Source: Candidatus Harrisonbacteria bacterium
GTDB taxonomy: Bacteria; Patescibacteriota; Minisyncoccia; UBA6257; 02-FULL-45-10c
Direction of reading: 5' to 3'
Length of the DNA stretch: 64,000 nucleotides
NCBI GenBank assembly: GCA_016192685.1
Contig: JACPTS010000001.1
Span: 225,710 to 289,709, forward strand
Shown here: piece by piece, positions 18,245-26,365 of the stretch
How positions within the stretch are numbered: the stretch's first letter is position 1
How the letters are laid out: each line of letters opens with the position of its first letter
Made by a program: the position numbers and the translations under genes
The notes under the pieces: model-generated
Told to the model about the DNA's origin: nothing
The model's database searches: none
Seen by the model: the letters and a program-made list of their open reading frames with translations, nothing else

Positions 18245-20026
18245 TTATTTTAACATTTTAAGCATTTTTTCCAATGGCCAGGCATTGATAATATCTTTTT
18301 TTTCACCCCACCCTCGCCTCGCCTGCGCGATCCCATATTCCAGCCATTCAAAATGGGAAACAGAATGGGAATCAGAATTAATTGCCATTTTTACTCCTTG
18401 CTCCACGCATTTTCTGATATATTCATCTTTCAAATCAGCGCGGTCCGAAGCATTGATTTCTAAAATAGTGCCAGTTTTTTTAGCATGGCGGATTAATTCT
18501 TCCATATCAACATCATACGGCTGGCGTTTATTTAAAATCCGGCCAGTAGGATGAAAAATAATGTCTACATGCGGATTACTCATTGCCCGCTTAATCCTTT
18601 CTGTCTGTTCTTTTTTAGGTAAATTAAAAAGCGAATGCACTGAAGCCCCGACCACTTCGCACTTCGCCAAAATCTCATCCGGCAAATCCATTGAGCCGTC
18701 TTTTAAAATATCACATTCGGTGCCCCTTAAAACACGAAACTTAATACCCGAAACACGAAACTTTTTATTTACTTTATCAATTTCCAGCCACTGCTTTTGT
18801 ATCCGCTTTTCGTCCAAGCCATTAGTCATTGCCAAACGCTTGGTATGGTCAGTAATCGCAATATATTCTAAACCAGCGTCAAGCGCGGCTTCTGCCATTT
18901 CTTCTATAGAATTTGCGCCGTCGGTCCAATTCGTTTGAATCTGCAAATCGCCCTTTAAATCGCCGTAGCCAACTAAATTTGGAAGTTTTTCAACACGAGA
19001 AGCTTCAATTTCACCAGTCATTTCTCTCAACTCCGGTTCAATATAAGCTAATCCAAGCGCTTTATATAAATCTTCCTCGCTGCGACCGGCAATCTGCTTC
19101 TTGCCTTTAAATAATCCGTATTCACTAAGCTTATAACCTTTATCAATTGCCATGCGGCGCAATTCTACATTATGGTCTTTGGAGCCGGTAAAATAATTTA
19201 GCCCCGAGCCGTAAGATTCTTCCGGCAAAACCCGTAAATCCATATCTAAGCCGTTTTTCAATTTCACCGCTGATTTTGTCTCGCCATGCGCAAAAACCCT
19301 CGCCACTTCCGGCATAGACACAAAATAATCCATTATTTTACCCGCCGTAGCTTTACTTTGTCCGTCCGAAGCTTTACGCGAAGGAGGAGCGGAGGCGGGC
19401 AGGCTTTCATCAATGGTAATTAAAATATCCGCATCGCCGATAGTGTCTTTCCGCCGCCGCACCGAACCGGCAACGGCAATCTTTTTTACGCCGGGTAATT
19501 TTTTCAGGCGCGCTTCAATCTCCCGGATTTGCGGCATCACCAATCCTAAAACAAACCGGCCGCCCGATTTTCTTAAAAACTCCAAACTCTTTAAGATATT
19601 TTCTTCGCTTTTAACCCCAAATCCTTTCAAGTTGCGAATCCTTCCACTAGCCAAAGCTTTTTCCAAATCACGCAGTCCACGAATCCCTAATTTTGCATAA
19701 AGAGTTTTTAGAGTCTTTGGCCCCAATCCTTGAATTCCTTGAAAATCTTTAAGGCGGATCGGGATTTTTTTGCTAAGCTGTTCGTGAAATTTTACCTTTC
19801 CAGTTTTAATCGCCTCCTCAATTTTTTCCGCAATAGAAACCCCCACCCCGGGAATTTCTTCCAAAGCCTTCAGTCCTCCTTTTTTATAAATTTCTTTAAC
19901 CTCTTCATTTAAGTTAGCAACCACCTCGGCAACTTTTTCATAAGCCCGCGGCTTAAATGGCACGTCCTGCATTTCAAGATAAATGCCAATCTCGCCTAAA
20001 ATTTTAGCAATTTCCTGATTGGTCAT
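18245..20026 (-). CDS. polX: DNA polymerase/3'-5' exonuclease PolX (Pol beta-like plus PHP domain)
   Basis: 593 aa with an N-terminal HhH/Pol-beta-like region and a C-terminal PHP domain. It contains an in-frame acacgaaac-type tandem repeat. Confidence 0.8.
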   Translation of the reverse strand: MTNQEIAKILGEIGIYLEMQDVPFKPRAYEKVAEVVANLNEEVKEIYKKGGLKALEEIPGVGVSIAEKIEEAIKTGKVKFHEQLSKKIPIRLKDFQGIQGLGPKTLKTLYAKLGIRGLRDLEKALASGRIRNLKGFGVKSEENILKSLEFLRKSGGRFVLGLVMPQIREIEARLKKLPGVKKIAVAGSVRRRKDTIGDADILITIDESLPASAPPSRKASDGQSKATAGKIMDYFVSMPEVARVFAHGETKSAVKLKNGLDMDLRVLPEESYGSGLNYFTGSKDHNVELRRMAIDKGYKLSEYGLFKGKKQIAGRSEEDLYKALGLAYIEPELREMTGEIEASRVEKLPNLVGYGDLKGDLQIQTNWTDGANSIEEMAEAALDAGLEYIAITDHTKRLAMTNGLDEKRIQKQWLEIDKVNKKFRVSGIKFRVLRGTECDILKDGSMDLPDEILAKCEVVGASVHSLFNLPKKEQTERIKRAMSNPHVDIIFHPTGRILNKRQPYDVDMEELIRHAKKTGTILEINASDRADLKDEYIRKCVEQGVKMAINSDSHSVSHFEWLEYGIAQARRGWGEKKDIINAWPLEKMLKMLK

Positions 20027-20107
20027 ACTCTTTAATCTTAACCTAATTTCTCACTCTTAAGTGAATCTTGCTAAGTTGTCGTAGAAAAGCTAATAAATAA
20101 TCTAACG

Positions 20108-20252
20108 AGCTCTGCCTGTGTTTCGTGCGGCAACTACGGACCCAGCCCGAGCTTGGTATCCCGCGTAGCGGGATTCGGGCTGGGGAGGCGTAGGAGCCGC
20201 TTGCCGCAGGAGCAAGCGGACTCCGGTGCCGTCAGAAATACAGGCAGAGTGA
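20108..20252. ncRNA. candidate structured RNA of unknown family (GC-rich multi-stem element)
   Basis: An outer 10-bp helix (ctctgcctgt / acaggcagag) encloses three elements. One is a helix cccagcccga/tcgggctggg. One is a perfect 7-bp hairpin atcccgc-gta-gcgggat. One is the hairpin ggagccgcttg-ccgcaggag-caagcgg(a)ctcc. The local GC is far above the surrounding DNA. The strand is undetermined. Confidence 0.3.
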
Positions 20253-20286
20253 GTAAAACTTATAGACAATTCAGTAAAATGAACGC

Positions 20287-20916
20287 CTATTTTATTCCCG
20301 CCCGGACATGATCAGTTAATATAGGCGCGGTAGTTTTTCTGGGAAGGATTAAATCCGGCACAAAAATTAAAACTATAGCGCTTAAAATCGCCATTGAACC
20401 GGTAAACAAAAACAGGAAGTTAAAACCGGCAATGGTGGCAATTGAACCGCCAACCAACCCCGCTAAGCCAATGCCCAAACTGACGCTGCTGCTGCTCAAG
20501 GCCCATTCAAAAGCAGTATGTCCTTTATCTAAATGCCTGGATAAAATCGCAGACCAAGATGGTATGTAAAGCGCGAAGCCAATGGCTTTAATAAATTGAA
20601 CCGAATAAACCTGCCAAACTTTTTGAGTTAAAGCAAAACTGAAGCCGGAAATTCCGATAATCAAAAGCCCCAAAACTAGGGCATAAAAATCATCCCGCTC
20701 GCCTGGAGTTTTATCCAAAAAAAGAGAAATGGGAATTTGTAAAATTCCTTTAGCAATCCAGTAAATAGCCGCCAGCACCCCTACCGATATTAAAGTGGCG
20801 CCGGCGATTTCCCGCACTACGAAAATAGAAAATAACGGGTCAATAAAACCCCAACCCGACCATAAAATCAAATCGCTGAAAATGAAAAATCTTACGACTC
20901 TATTTACTGATGGCAT
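20287..20916 (-). CDS. polytopic membrane protein (MFS-like half-transporter)
   Basis: 209 aa with about 6 predicted TM helices. It overlaps the upstream AAA+ gene by 17 nt. Confidence 0.4.
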   Translation of the reverse strand: MPSVNRVVRFFIFSDLILWSGWGFIDPLFSIFVVREIAGATLISVGVLAAIYWIAKGILQIPISLFLDKTPGERDDFYALVLGLLIIGISGFSFALTQKVWQVYSVQFIKAIGFALYIPSWSAILSRHLDKGHTAFEWALSSSSVSLGIGLAGLVGGSIATIAGFNFLFLFTGSMAILSAIVLIFVPDLILPRKTTAPILTDHVRAGIK

Positions 20917-23437
20917 AAATTAATTCTTCTCCTTTTAAGTCTAATAAAACCTTGCCGCCGCGGTCAATTTCCTGTTTTAAAATTTTCTCAGCCAAAACAC
21001 TGCGAATCCTATCCGAAATCACCCCCCGAAGCGGCCGGGCGCCGAACGCCGGGTCATAGCCCCATTCGGCGATTTTCTTAACCGCTTCATCGGAAAAATC
21101 TATTTCAATCCCGTGGCTTTCTTTCAAATCGGCGGCTAAATCTTTCAATAAAATTTTAGTTACCGCCACAATATCTTCCGGCGATAAACCCTTAAAAACA
21201 ATAATTCCGGAAAAGCGGTTTAAAAGTTCCGGCCGGAAATATTCGGTTAATTTTTTCTTTAGAGTTTCGCTTACTTCCGCCATGGTTTTCCCGGCTTCAA
21301 TTTCCGACTTAATAAAATTGGAATGGGCGTTGCTGGTCGCAATAATAATAGTATTTTGGAAATCCACCACTCTTCCGGTATTATCCGTTAATCGGCCGTC
21401 ATCAAAAACCTGAAGAAAAAGATTCAGGAGATCCGAATGAGCTTTTTCAAATTCGTCTAAAAGAATTAAGCTGTAAGGTTTTTGTAAAACCGCGTCAGTT
21501 AAGCCGCCGCTGACTATCCCATCCGGAGAGCCGATTAACCGGAAAATGCTTTGCTTATCCTGATATTCCGTCATATCAAAACGAATCATTGCTTCTTTAG
21601 AGCCGAATTGAATTCCGGCTAAAATCTTGGAAAGTTCGGTTTTACCGACGCCGGTTGGACCGACAAAAAGAAAAGCGGCGATCGGTCCGCCTCTGCGGGA
21701 AAGACCGCTCCGATATTCCCGAAGCGCCCGGGAAACCGCTTTCACCGCCTCTTCCTGGTCAATTAAACGCTGATGAATAAGCCGTTCCAAATTCAAAAGT
21801 CTCTGCGCCTCTTCTTCTTTGGCTTGCCGGAGAGGAATATTGACCCGGCGCTGAGCAATATCAATCACATCATCGCCGTTAAGCACTTTATCGCCTTTTT
21901 CTTTGGCATCGGAAAGCGCTTCTTTTAAAAGTTCTTCCGCGCTGGATGGCAGGAGCTTATCGCGGAAATACTTTGAAGCCAGGAGAACCGCCTGTTTAAT
22001 GGCGGCAAAAGTTATTTTCATCCGGTACTGCCTTTCTAAAATAATGCTGTCATAAACTAACAGCTTAACGGCATCATCAACAGAAATTTCCTGAATCGGA
22101 ATATTTTCAAAAACTTTGGCAAAATCAATTTGAGATTCAATGGTTTGCTTGTATTCCCTGGGATAAGTAGCGCCGACCACGGAAAAGGCGCTGGAGGCAA
22201 AAGCCGGCAAAAAAACATCAGCGGCATTGATTCCGGAACGGCCGGAGGTTTTCACCAGATTGTGAATGTCCGGAACATATAAAATTATATTTCCGGCCTG
22301 AACGATTTCCTCAATAATCTTAGTTACCCGCGCCTGAATTTCCCCCAATTGCCCAACGCCCGCCATTAAAGTTCCCACTCTAAGAAGCACTAAACGTTTG
22401 TCAAAAAGTTCCGGCGGCACTTCGTCTTTGGTAATTTTATAAGCCAGATGATTTACTAAAGTTTCTTTTCCGGAACCGGGGTCGCCGACCAAAAGCACGT
22501 TCGGTTTAGTCGGCCGGGAAAGCACATCCAGCATGCGGTCATATTCCTGCTGATGGCCGATTAAAAAACCGATTTTCTCCAGACGGGCGTAATCAGTCAA
22601 ATCCTCGCCATACTGGTCTAAAGTCGGCGTCGGCCGCGCGCTCCACGAGCGATTCATAACCCGATGGCGGATTTTATAGGGCCGATAAGCAAATCCGCCG
22701 ATGGCAGCCGGCATCCGCTTTAGCCAGCCAAAAGTTTCTTTATAGCGGCTAAAAATTAAAGAATTTTGCAAATCCCCCGGGTCAATATTAAAAAGATGGA
22801 GCACCCTTTGAATAGCGCTGCTTTCGCAATAATTCAAAGCGGCAAATAAATCTTTCGGCTCAATAAATCGGTCATCAAAAAGCAAAGCTTGTTCCAATGA
22901 CAATTTAGAAATTTTTTCAATTTCCGCCAACAATCTTTTTTTTCTATCAGATGTCTCGTCGCTGTATTTTTTATCCTGCAGGGTTTCTTCTAAAAGTTCT
23001 TCCACTTTATCCCGGATTTCTTTTAAGTTAAGGTCCATTCTTAACAATCCTTCTTGGATATCTTTTCTTTCCAAAAGCCGCTTTAAAATAAAAAAATAAA
23101 AATTACCGCCTATCAAAAGAGCCCGCTCAAAAGCATATTCTAAAATAGCAAAACTGGAAGGAGTAAAATAGCGCGCCAAATTTACTTCCCCTCCTAAAGG
23201 ATCTTTTACCAGCGACCGGTCCGCTTGGCCAAAATACTTAGCCCGGTCCATTAAAATTAAAAATAACAAGGCGCCGGTCCAAAAAACCGATGGCACGTCA
23301 GAAATCAAAAAAGTAAAACAGGCGGCAATTAAAATTCCGTAAGTCGCGTAAAAAACCACCCGGACAAAAAGCCGGCCGGCATGAGTCATTTCCAGCCTGG
23401 GATCATGGAAATACAATGTAAAATTTTTCACTGCCAT
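20900..23437 (-). CDS. ClpA/ClpB-family double-AAA+ ATPase with N-terminal transmembrane segments; first nucleotide-binding domain non-canonical
   Basis: NBD2 has a canonical Walker A (GPTGVGKTELSKILA), a canonical Walker B (LILLDEFEKAH) and a sensor region. NBD1 has Walker A GDPGSGKE and Walker B ILYVPDIHNL, both deviating from consensus. The N-terminal 60 aa are hydrophobic. Confidence 0.7.
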   Translation of the reverse strand: MAVKNFTLYFHDPRLEMTHAGRLFVRVVFYATYGILIAACFTFLISDVPSVFWTGALLFLILMDRAKYFGQADRSLVKDPLGGEVNLARYFTPSSFAILEYAFERALLIGGNFYFFILKRLLERKDIQEGLLRMDLNLKEIRDKVEELLEETLQDKKYSDETSDRKKRLLAEIEKISKLSLEQALLFDDRFIEPKDLFAALNYCESSAIQRVLHLFNIDPGDLQNSLIFSRYKETFGWLKRMPAAIGGFAYRPYKIRHRVMNRSWSARPTPTLDQYGEDLTDYARLEKIGFLIGHQQEYDRMLDVLSRPTKPNVLLVGDPGSGKETLVNHLAYKITKDEVPPELFDKRLVLLRVGTLMAGVGQLGEIQARVTKIIEEIVQAGNIILYVPDIHNLVKTSGRSGINAADVFLPAFASSAFSVVGATYPREYKQTIESQIDFAKVFENIPIQEISVDDAVKLLVYDSIILERQYRMKITFAAIKQAVLLASKYFRDKLLPSSAEELLKEALSDAKEKGDKVLNGDDVIDIAQRRVNIPLRQAKEEEAQRLLNLERLIHQRLIDQEEAVKAVSRALREYRSGLSRRGGPIAAFLFVGPTGVGKTELSKILAGIQFGSKEAMIRFDMTEYQDKQSIFRLIGSPDGIVSGGLTDAVLQKPYSLILLDEFEKAHSDLLNLFLQVFDDGRLTDNTGRVVDFQNTIIIATSNAHSNFIKSEIEAGKTMAEVSETLKKKLTEYFRPELLNRFSGIIVFKGLSPEDIVAVTKILLKDLAADLKESHGIEIDFSDEAVKKIAEWGYDPAFGARPLRGVISDRIRSVLAEKILKQEIDRGGKVLLDLKGEELIYAISK

Positions 23438-23790
23438 AAATTCGTTAAAATATTATAAATTACCAAGATGGGAATCGCCGCCCAAAGCAAAAATAAACTC
23501 AGGGCAACCACTAAAAAAATCCCGTAAACCGCCAAAGCCGTAAAAATTCTAGCGGTCCGAAAAATAAATCCCCAAAGATAGCCAATAGCGCTGTAATCCT
23601 GGTAAAGCGGCTGCAGCCAATTTTTAACCGTAATCCGAAGCGCAAAAATCCTGTCTAATCGCTCCAAAATGTTATAGGCCCAATGAATGGCCTTCAAAAA
23701 TCCGTAAAAATACCAATGCCGGAAAAAATCCAAAACCCGCCTGCCTAAGTGGGTTAAAAGGTAAACTAAGGAAAGATTGCTGATTTCCAT
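23428..23790 (-). CDS. small membrane protein (120 aa), translationally coupled to the AAA+ gene
   Basis: Three predicted TM helices. A 10-nt overlap with the downstream gene. It starts 18 nt after the RT stop. Confidence 0.4.
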   Translation of the reverse strand: MEISNLSLVYLLTHLGRRVLDFFRHWYFYGFLKAIHWAYNILERLDRIFALRITVKNWLQPLYQDYSAIGYLWGFIFRTARIFTALAVYGIFLVVALSLFLLWAAIPILVIYNILTNLWQ

Positions 23791-23808
23791 ATACTTAATT
23801 ATAGCTTA

Positions 23809-24801
23809 TTAGATTTCAAAATTCTTTACTATAATCCGACGAAGCCTATACGCATTTCCGTGCTGTATGAGTCCCAAATAAGAATTCAGGGTTTCTTTTG
23901 TTGGGTGTTCTTTTATTCTCTTCATCATTCTTCTTTTGGCGATGGTTCGTAAAATTCGGTGGTCAGGAAAATTCACCCAGCCAAGAAAATCCACTCCAGA
24001 ATAGAGGGTTTTAATAAATACTTTATTAGGATGCAATTCTAGCTCTAATTTATTTTGTAAAAATTCTTGTATTTGAGGAATTAAATTTTCCAGCCAATTT
24101 CTATTTTCAGAAAACACCACAAAATCATCAGCGTAGCGGATATAATATTTAACTTTTTGTTGATGCTTCATAAACTGGTCAAATTCATTCATATAAATAT
24201 TCACCAAAAGCTGCGAGGTGAGGTTACCGAGCGGCAAACCGATTCCCGCCTTAGTGGAAGAAAAACTATCAATTACTTCATCAAGTAGGCGTAAAATATC
24301 CAGATCTGGAATATAAACTTGTAAAATTCGTTTCAAAACAATATGGTCAATGCTGGCAAAGAATTTCTTAATATCACACTTTAATATCCAGCAGGTTTTA
24401 GTATTATTTTGGCTGACCTTATAAGCAAGCGAACGAAAGCGGTTAATAGCTTTATGAGTTCCCTTGTTTAGGCGGCAGGAATATGAATCAGCGATAAATA
24501 CTCTATCAAAAAATGGATAGAGTATCCGATAAATTGCGTGATGTAATAGGCGGTCTCGGACACTCGCCTTATGGATATTACGCGGCTTGGGGTCGCAAAT
24601 ATTAAAGGCCTGATAACCGCCATGAGTATAAGTATGGTTGCTAAATTCTTGGTGAAGCGATAGGATATTATCCATTAAGTTAAAAGAGAATTCCTGAACG
24701 TCTTGTTTTCTTCTTTTTCCTCGCACAAACTCTTTCCACGCTTCTAATAAATTCTCTGCGCTAATTATATCTTCAAATTTATGAGTCAATTGAATTTTCA
24801 T
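23809..24801 (-). CDS. DGR-type reverse transcriptase
   Basis: RT motifs are present: YIRYADDFVVFS (YxDD) and the DGR-diagnostic motif-4 variant LPLGNLTSQLLVNIYM, which is (I/L)GxxxSQ rather than QGxxxSP. 330 aa. Confidence 0.9.
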   Translation of the reverse strand: MKIQLTHKFEDIISAENLLEAWKEFVRGKRRKQDVQEFSFNLMDNILSLHQEFSNHTYTHGGYQAFNICDPKPRNIHKASVRDRLLHHAIYRILYPFFDRVFIADSYSCRLNKGTHKAINRFRSLAYKVSQNNTKTCWILKCDIKKFFASIDHIVLKRILQVYIPDLDILRLLDEVIDSFSSTKAGIGLPLGNLTSQLLVNIYMNEFDQFMKHQQKVKYYIRYADDFVVFSENRNWLENLIPQIQEFLQNKLELELHPNKVFIKTLYSGVDFLGWVNFPDHRILRTIAKRRMMKRIKEHPTKETLNSYLGLIQHGNAYRLRRIIVKNFEI

Positions 24802-24920
24802 AATTTTTCTTCTAATAAGACCCCCCCCAACGGAATTTAATAATTATTACAAAATTAATCGCTGCATACAAAATCTGGCAGGAGTTTTTTATTCATTTTC
24901 CGAAAACTTCTCGTTACACA

Positions 24921-25163
24921 TTGGGGTCTAAAATTGATTCTTTATTTATTGAAACTATTGAATTGATTTTTCAAGCAAGTTATTCAAGTAAAGAACAAAA
25001 GAGTGTTTACTTTCAAAAATCATCTTCTAAATTTGACTTGCTTAAATTTTTCTTACAAGTTTCATGGGAAATTAAAACTTTGGATAATAAAAAATATATT
25101 ATCCTTTCAGAAAAATTAAATGAGGTTGGAAAAATATTAGGCGGATTGATTAAACAGCTATAA
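24921..25163 (+). CDS. avd: Avd-like accessory protein (four-helix-bundle / IVS-protein family), opposite strand to the RT
   Basis: The C-terminal half, FLQVSWEIKTLDNKKYIILSEKLNEVGKILGGLIKQL, matches Avd/23S-IVS proteins. The frame is open upstream to 24819 and there encodes ...YKIWQEFFIHFPKTSRYTLG (Avd helix 1-2), but with no canonical start codon. The track start is TTG at 24921. Confidence 0.5.
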   Translation: MGSKIDSLFIETIELIFQASYSSKEQKSVYFQKSSSKFDLLKFFLQVSWEIKTLDNKKYIILSEKLNEVGKILGGLIKQL

Positions 25164-25170
25164 AAACAAA

Positions 25171-25192
25171 CTCCCCCGCAACGCGGGGAGAG
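25171..25192. terminator. GC-rich hairpin (ctccccgc...gcggggag) flanking the TR and after the avd stop
   Basis: The hairpin is followed by tttgttttta on the minus strand, which places a terminator directly after the TR transcript end. Confidence 0.4.
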
Positions 25193-25205
25193 AATGAAGC
25201 GATTA

Positions 25206-25323
25206 GCAGAAGACGAACTGGTTGTCTTCGTTCCAGACGTTGTCGGGGTTGCCGTAGTTGCTGTTCAGCCACCGTCCGTTGTCATCGTGCTTCACGTTGA
25301 ACAGCTTCAAGTTGCCGTCCGAA
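25206..25323 (-). repeat. DGR template repeat (TR)
   Basis: A 118-bp repeat homologous to 25613-25730. On the minus strand it is rich in AAC codons (..GGC AAC TTG AAG CTG TTC AAC GTG AAG ... AAC AGC AAC TAC GGC AAC CCC GAC AAC ...). All 17 differences from the VR are at TR adenines. Confidence 0.85.
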
Positions 25324-25545
25324 TCAGTAATGTATAGCACGCCTTCCATTCCACTGCTCCTTGAATGCTCTCGGAGCTGCATCTAATTCGGCATCTTATA
25401 TGCCCTAGCATACTATACCAAGTAGCTTCATTTTTTAGGAATTAAAATTTTTAATCCCGGAGTTCAACGGTCTAAAGCCGTAACCGTAGACGCATTATTT
25501 ACTATCCAAAATTATACTAACAATTAAAATCTGATTTGAAAATAG

Positions 25546-25581
25546 AAATGCCTCGCAAGAGCAAGCTCTTGCGAGGCATTT
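25546..25581. promoter_or_regulatory. perfect 16-bp stem / 4-nt loop hairpin about 30 nt 3' of the VR (candidate DGR target-recognition hairpin and/or target-gene terminator)
   Basis: aaatgcctcgcaagag-caag-ctcttgcgaggcattt. It lies 25 nt downstream of the target stop on the minus strand. Confidence 0.5.
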
Positions 25582-25606
25582 TTCCAGCGGTCCAGCAGAC
25601 CCGAAG

Positions 25607-26266
25607 CTACTTGCAGAAGACGAACCGGTAGACTCCGTCCCAGACGAAGTCGGGGTCGCCGTAGTAGCTGCTCAGCCACCGTCCGCTGACATCGTGCCCC
25701 ACGCTGAACAGCCTCAAGTAGCCGTCCGAAGCAGCGATTGGCTCCATCGCGACGACAAGCCATTCGCCGTAAGGCTGGTCCGAATACTGCAGACGAAGCT
25801 GAGGACCGACCTCTACCGGACACTTCTTCAGTCCGCGCTCTTCTGCGCGCTGGATGATCTCCTGAAAAGGAGCTTGATCCTTGCCAGTCAGCTCCTTGAC
25901 TGAGACCTTGACCAGTTCCACGGTTTCCTGGTTCGCCGCCGTAAAGGCTGACTTACCAAGAATGTCGTTCGCCCAGTCGCTAATCCTGTATCCGCCAACC
26001 TTGAGAGCATGGCGGAAGTCATCAGCGGTCTTGAGGTCGGTGCCGAGCTTGATGGTTTTCCAGGTTGGGAAGCCACATCTCTCAGCCCCTTTCTTTACGA
26101 AGGGATTGCGGTGCTCAATCAAGGCTTGGACGTGGCGCGAGTTCAATGCCCCACGCTTCATCTGTCCCCTGATTTCCTTCGTTTGCGCATCCAGCTTCTC
26201 ATACATCTCAAGGAGCTGGTCTGAGGTCGGCTTTTGATCCGAACCCACGACGATTTTTTTGGTCAT
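25607..26266 (-). CDS. DGR target protein (219 aa) with C-terminal VR-encoded ligand-binding (C-type-lectin-like) region; no N-terminal signal peptide evident
   Basis: The ORF ends exactly at the VR (..VFCK*). Its N-terminus, MTKKIVVGSDQKPTSDQLLEMYEK..., is hydrophilic. GC content is much higher than the window average. The other ORFs listed in this region are alternative frames of the same GC-rich DNA. Confidence 0.75.
   Translation of the reverse strand: MTKKIVVGSDQKPTSDQLLEMYEKLDAQTKEIRGQMKRGALNSRHVQALIEHRNPFVKKGAERCGFPTWKTIKLGTDLKTADDFRHALKVGGYRISDWANDILGKSAFTAANQETVELVKVSVKELTGKDQAPFQEIIQRAEERGLKKCPVEVGPQLRLQYSDQPYGEWLVVAMEPIAASDGYLRLFSVGHDVSGRWLSSYYGDPDFVWDGVYRFVFCK
25613..25730 (-). 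repeat. DGR variable repeat (VR) at the 3' end of the target gene
   Basis: It encodes ...SDGYLRLFSVGHDVSGRWLSSYYGDPDFVWDGVYRFVFCK*. It differs from the TR at 17 positions, for example AAC>TAC/AGC/GAC/TTC, AAG>AGG/GGG, GAA>GGA and CAG>CGG. Every difference is at a TR adenine and none at any other base. Confidence 0.85.
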
Positions 26267-26365
26267 CGCCGTATCTCCTTTGGTTTTTGGATTTAAGGTA
26301 CATCAACTCTCGCGCCTTGCGGGAATTAAAATAATGATAGCATATTTAGTGCTATTCTGTCAAGC

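Larger units (their letters stand above)
23809..26266 (-). mobile_element. Diversity-generating retroelement cassette (RT, Avd-like ORF, TR, hairpin, VR-bearing target gene)
   Basis: See the component features. The TR/VR pair shows substitutions only at TR adenines. Confidence 0.85.

Noticed and set aside
20108-20252. Assigning the GC-rich structured element to SRP RNA, RNase P RNA, 6S RNA or a known riboswitch
   Set aside because: I could not find the conserved SRP domain-IV motif, the RNase P universal GGAAAGUCCGG-type motif, or the TPP, SAM or cobalamin cores on either strand. It is left as an unassigned candidate.
24819-25163. Treating the Avd-like ORF as a normal 80-aa gene starting at TTG 24921
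   Set aside because: The open frame upstream encodes the conserved Avd helix 1, so an 80-aa product would be N-terminally truncated. It is reported instead as a gene with an unresolved start.
25524-26237. Five overlapping track ORFs (25524..25823 -, 25694..25903 +, 25881..26237 +, 25888..26076 -, 26009..26224 +) in the DGR target region
   Set aside because: All lie inside the GC-rich target gene 25607..26266 (-), in alternative frames or antisense. GC-rich DNA gives long spurious ORFs in several frames. Only the frame ending in the VR (..VFCK*) is supported.
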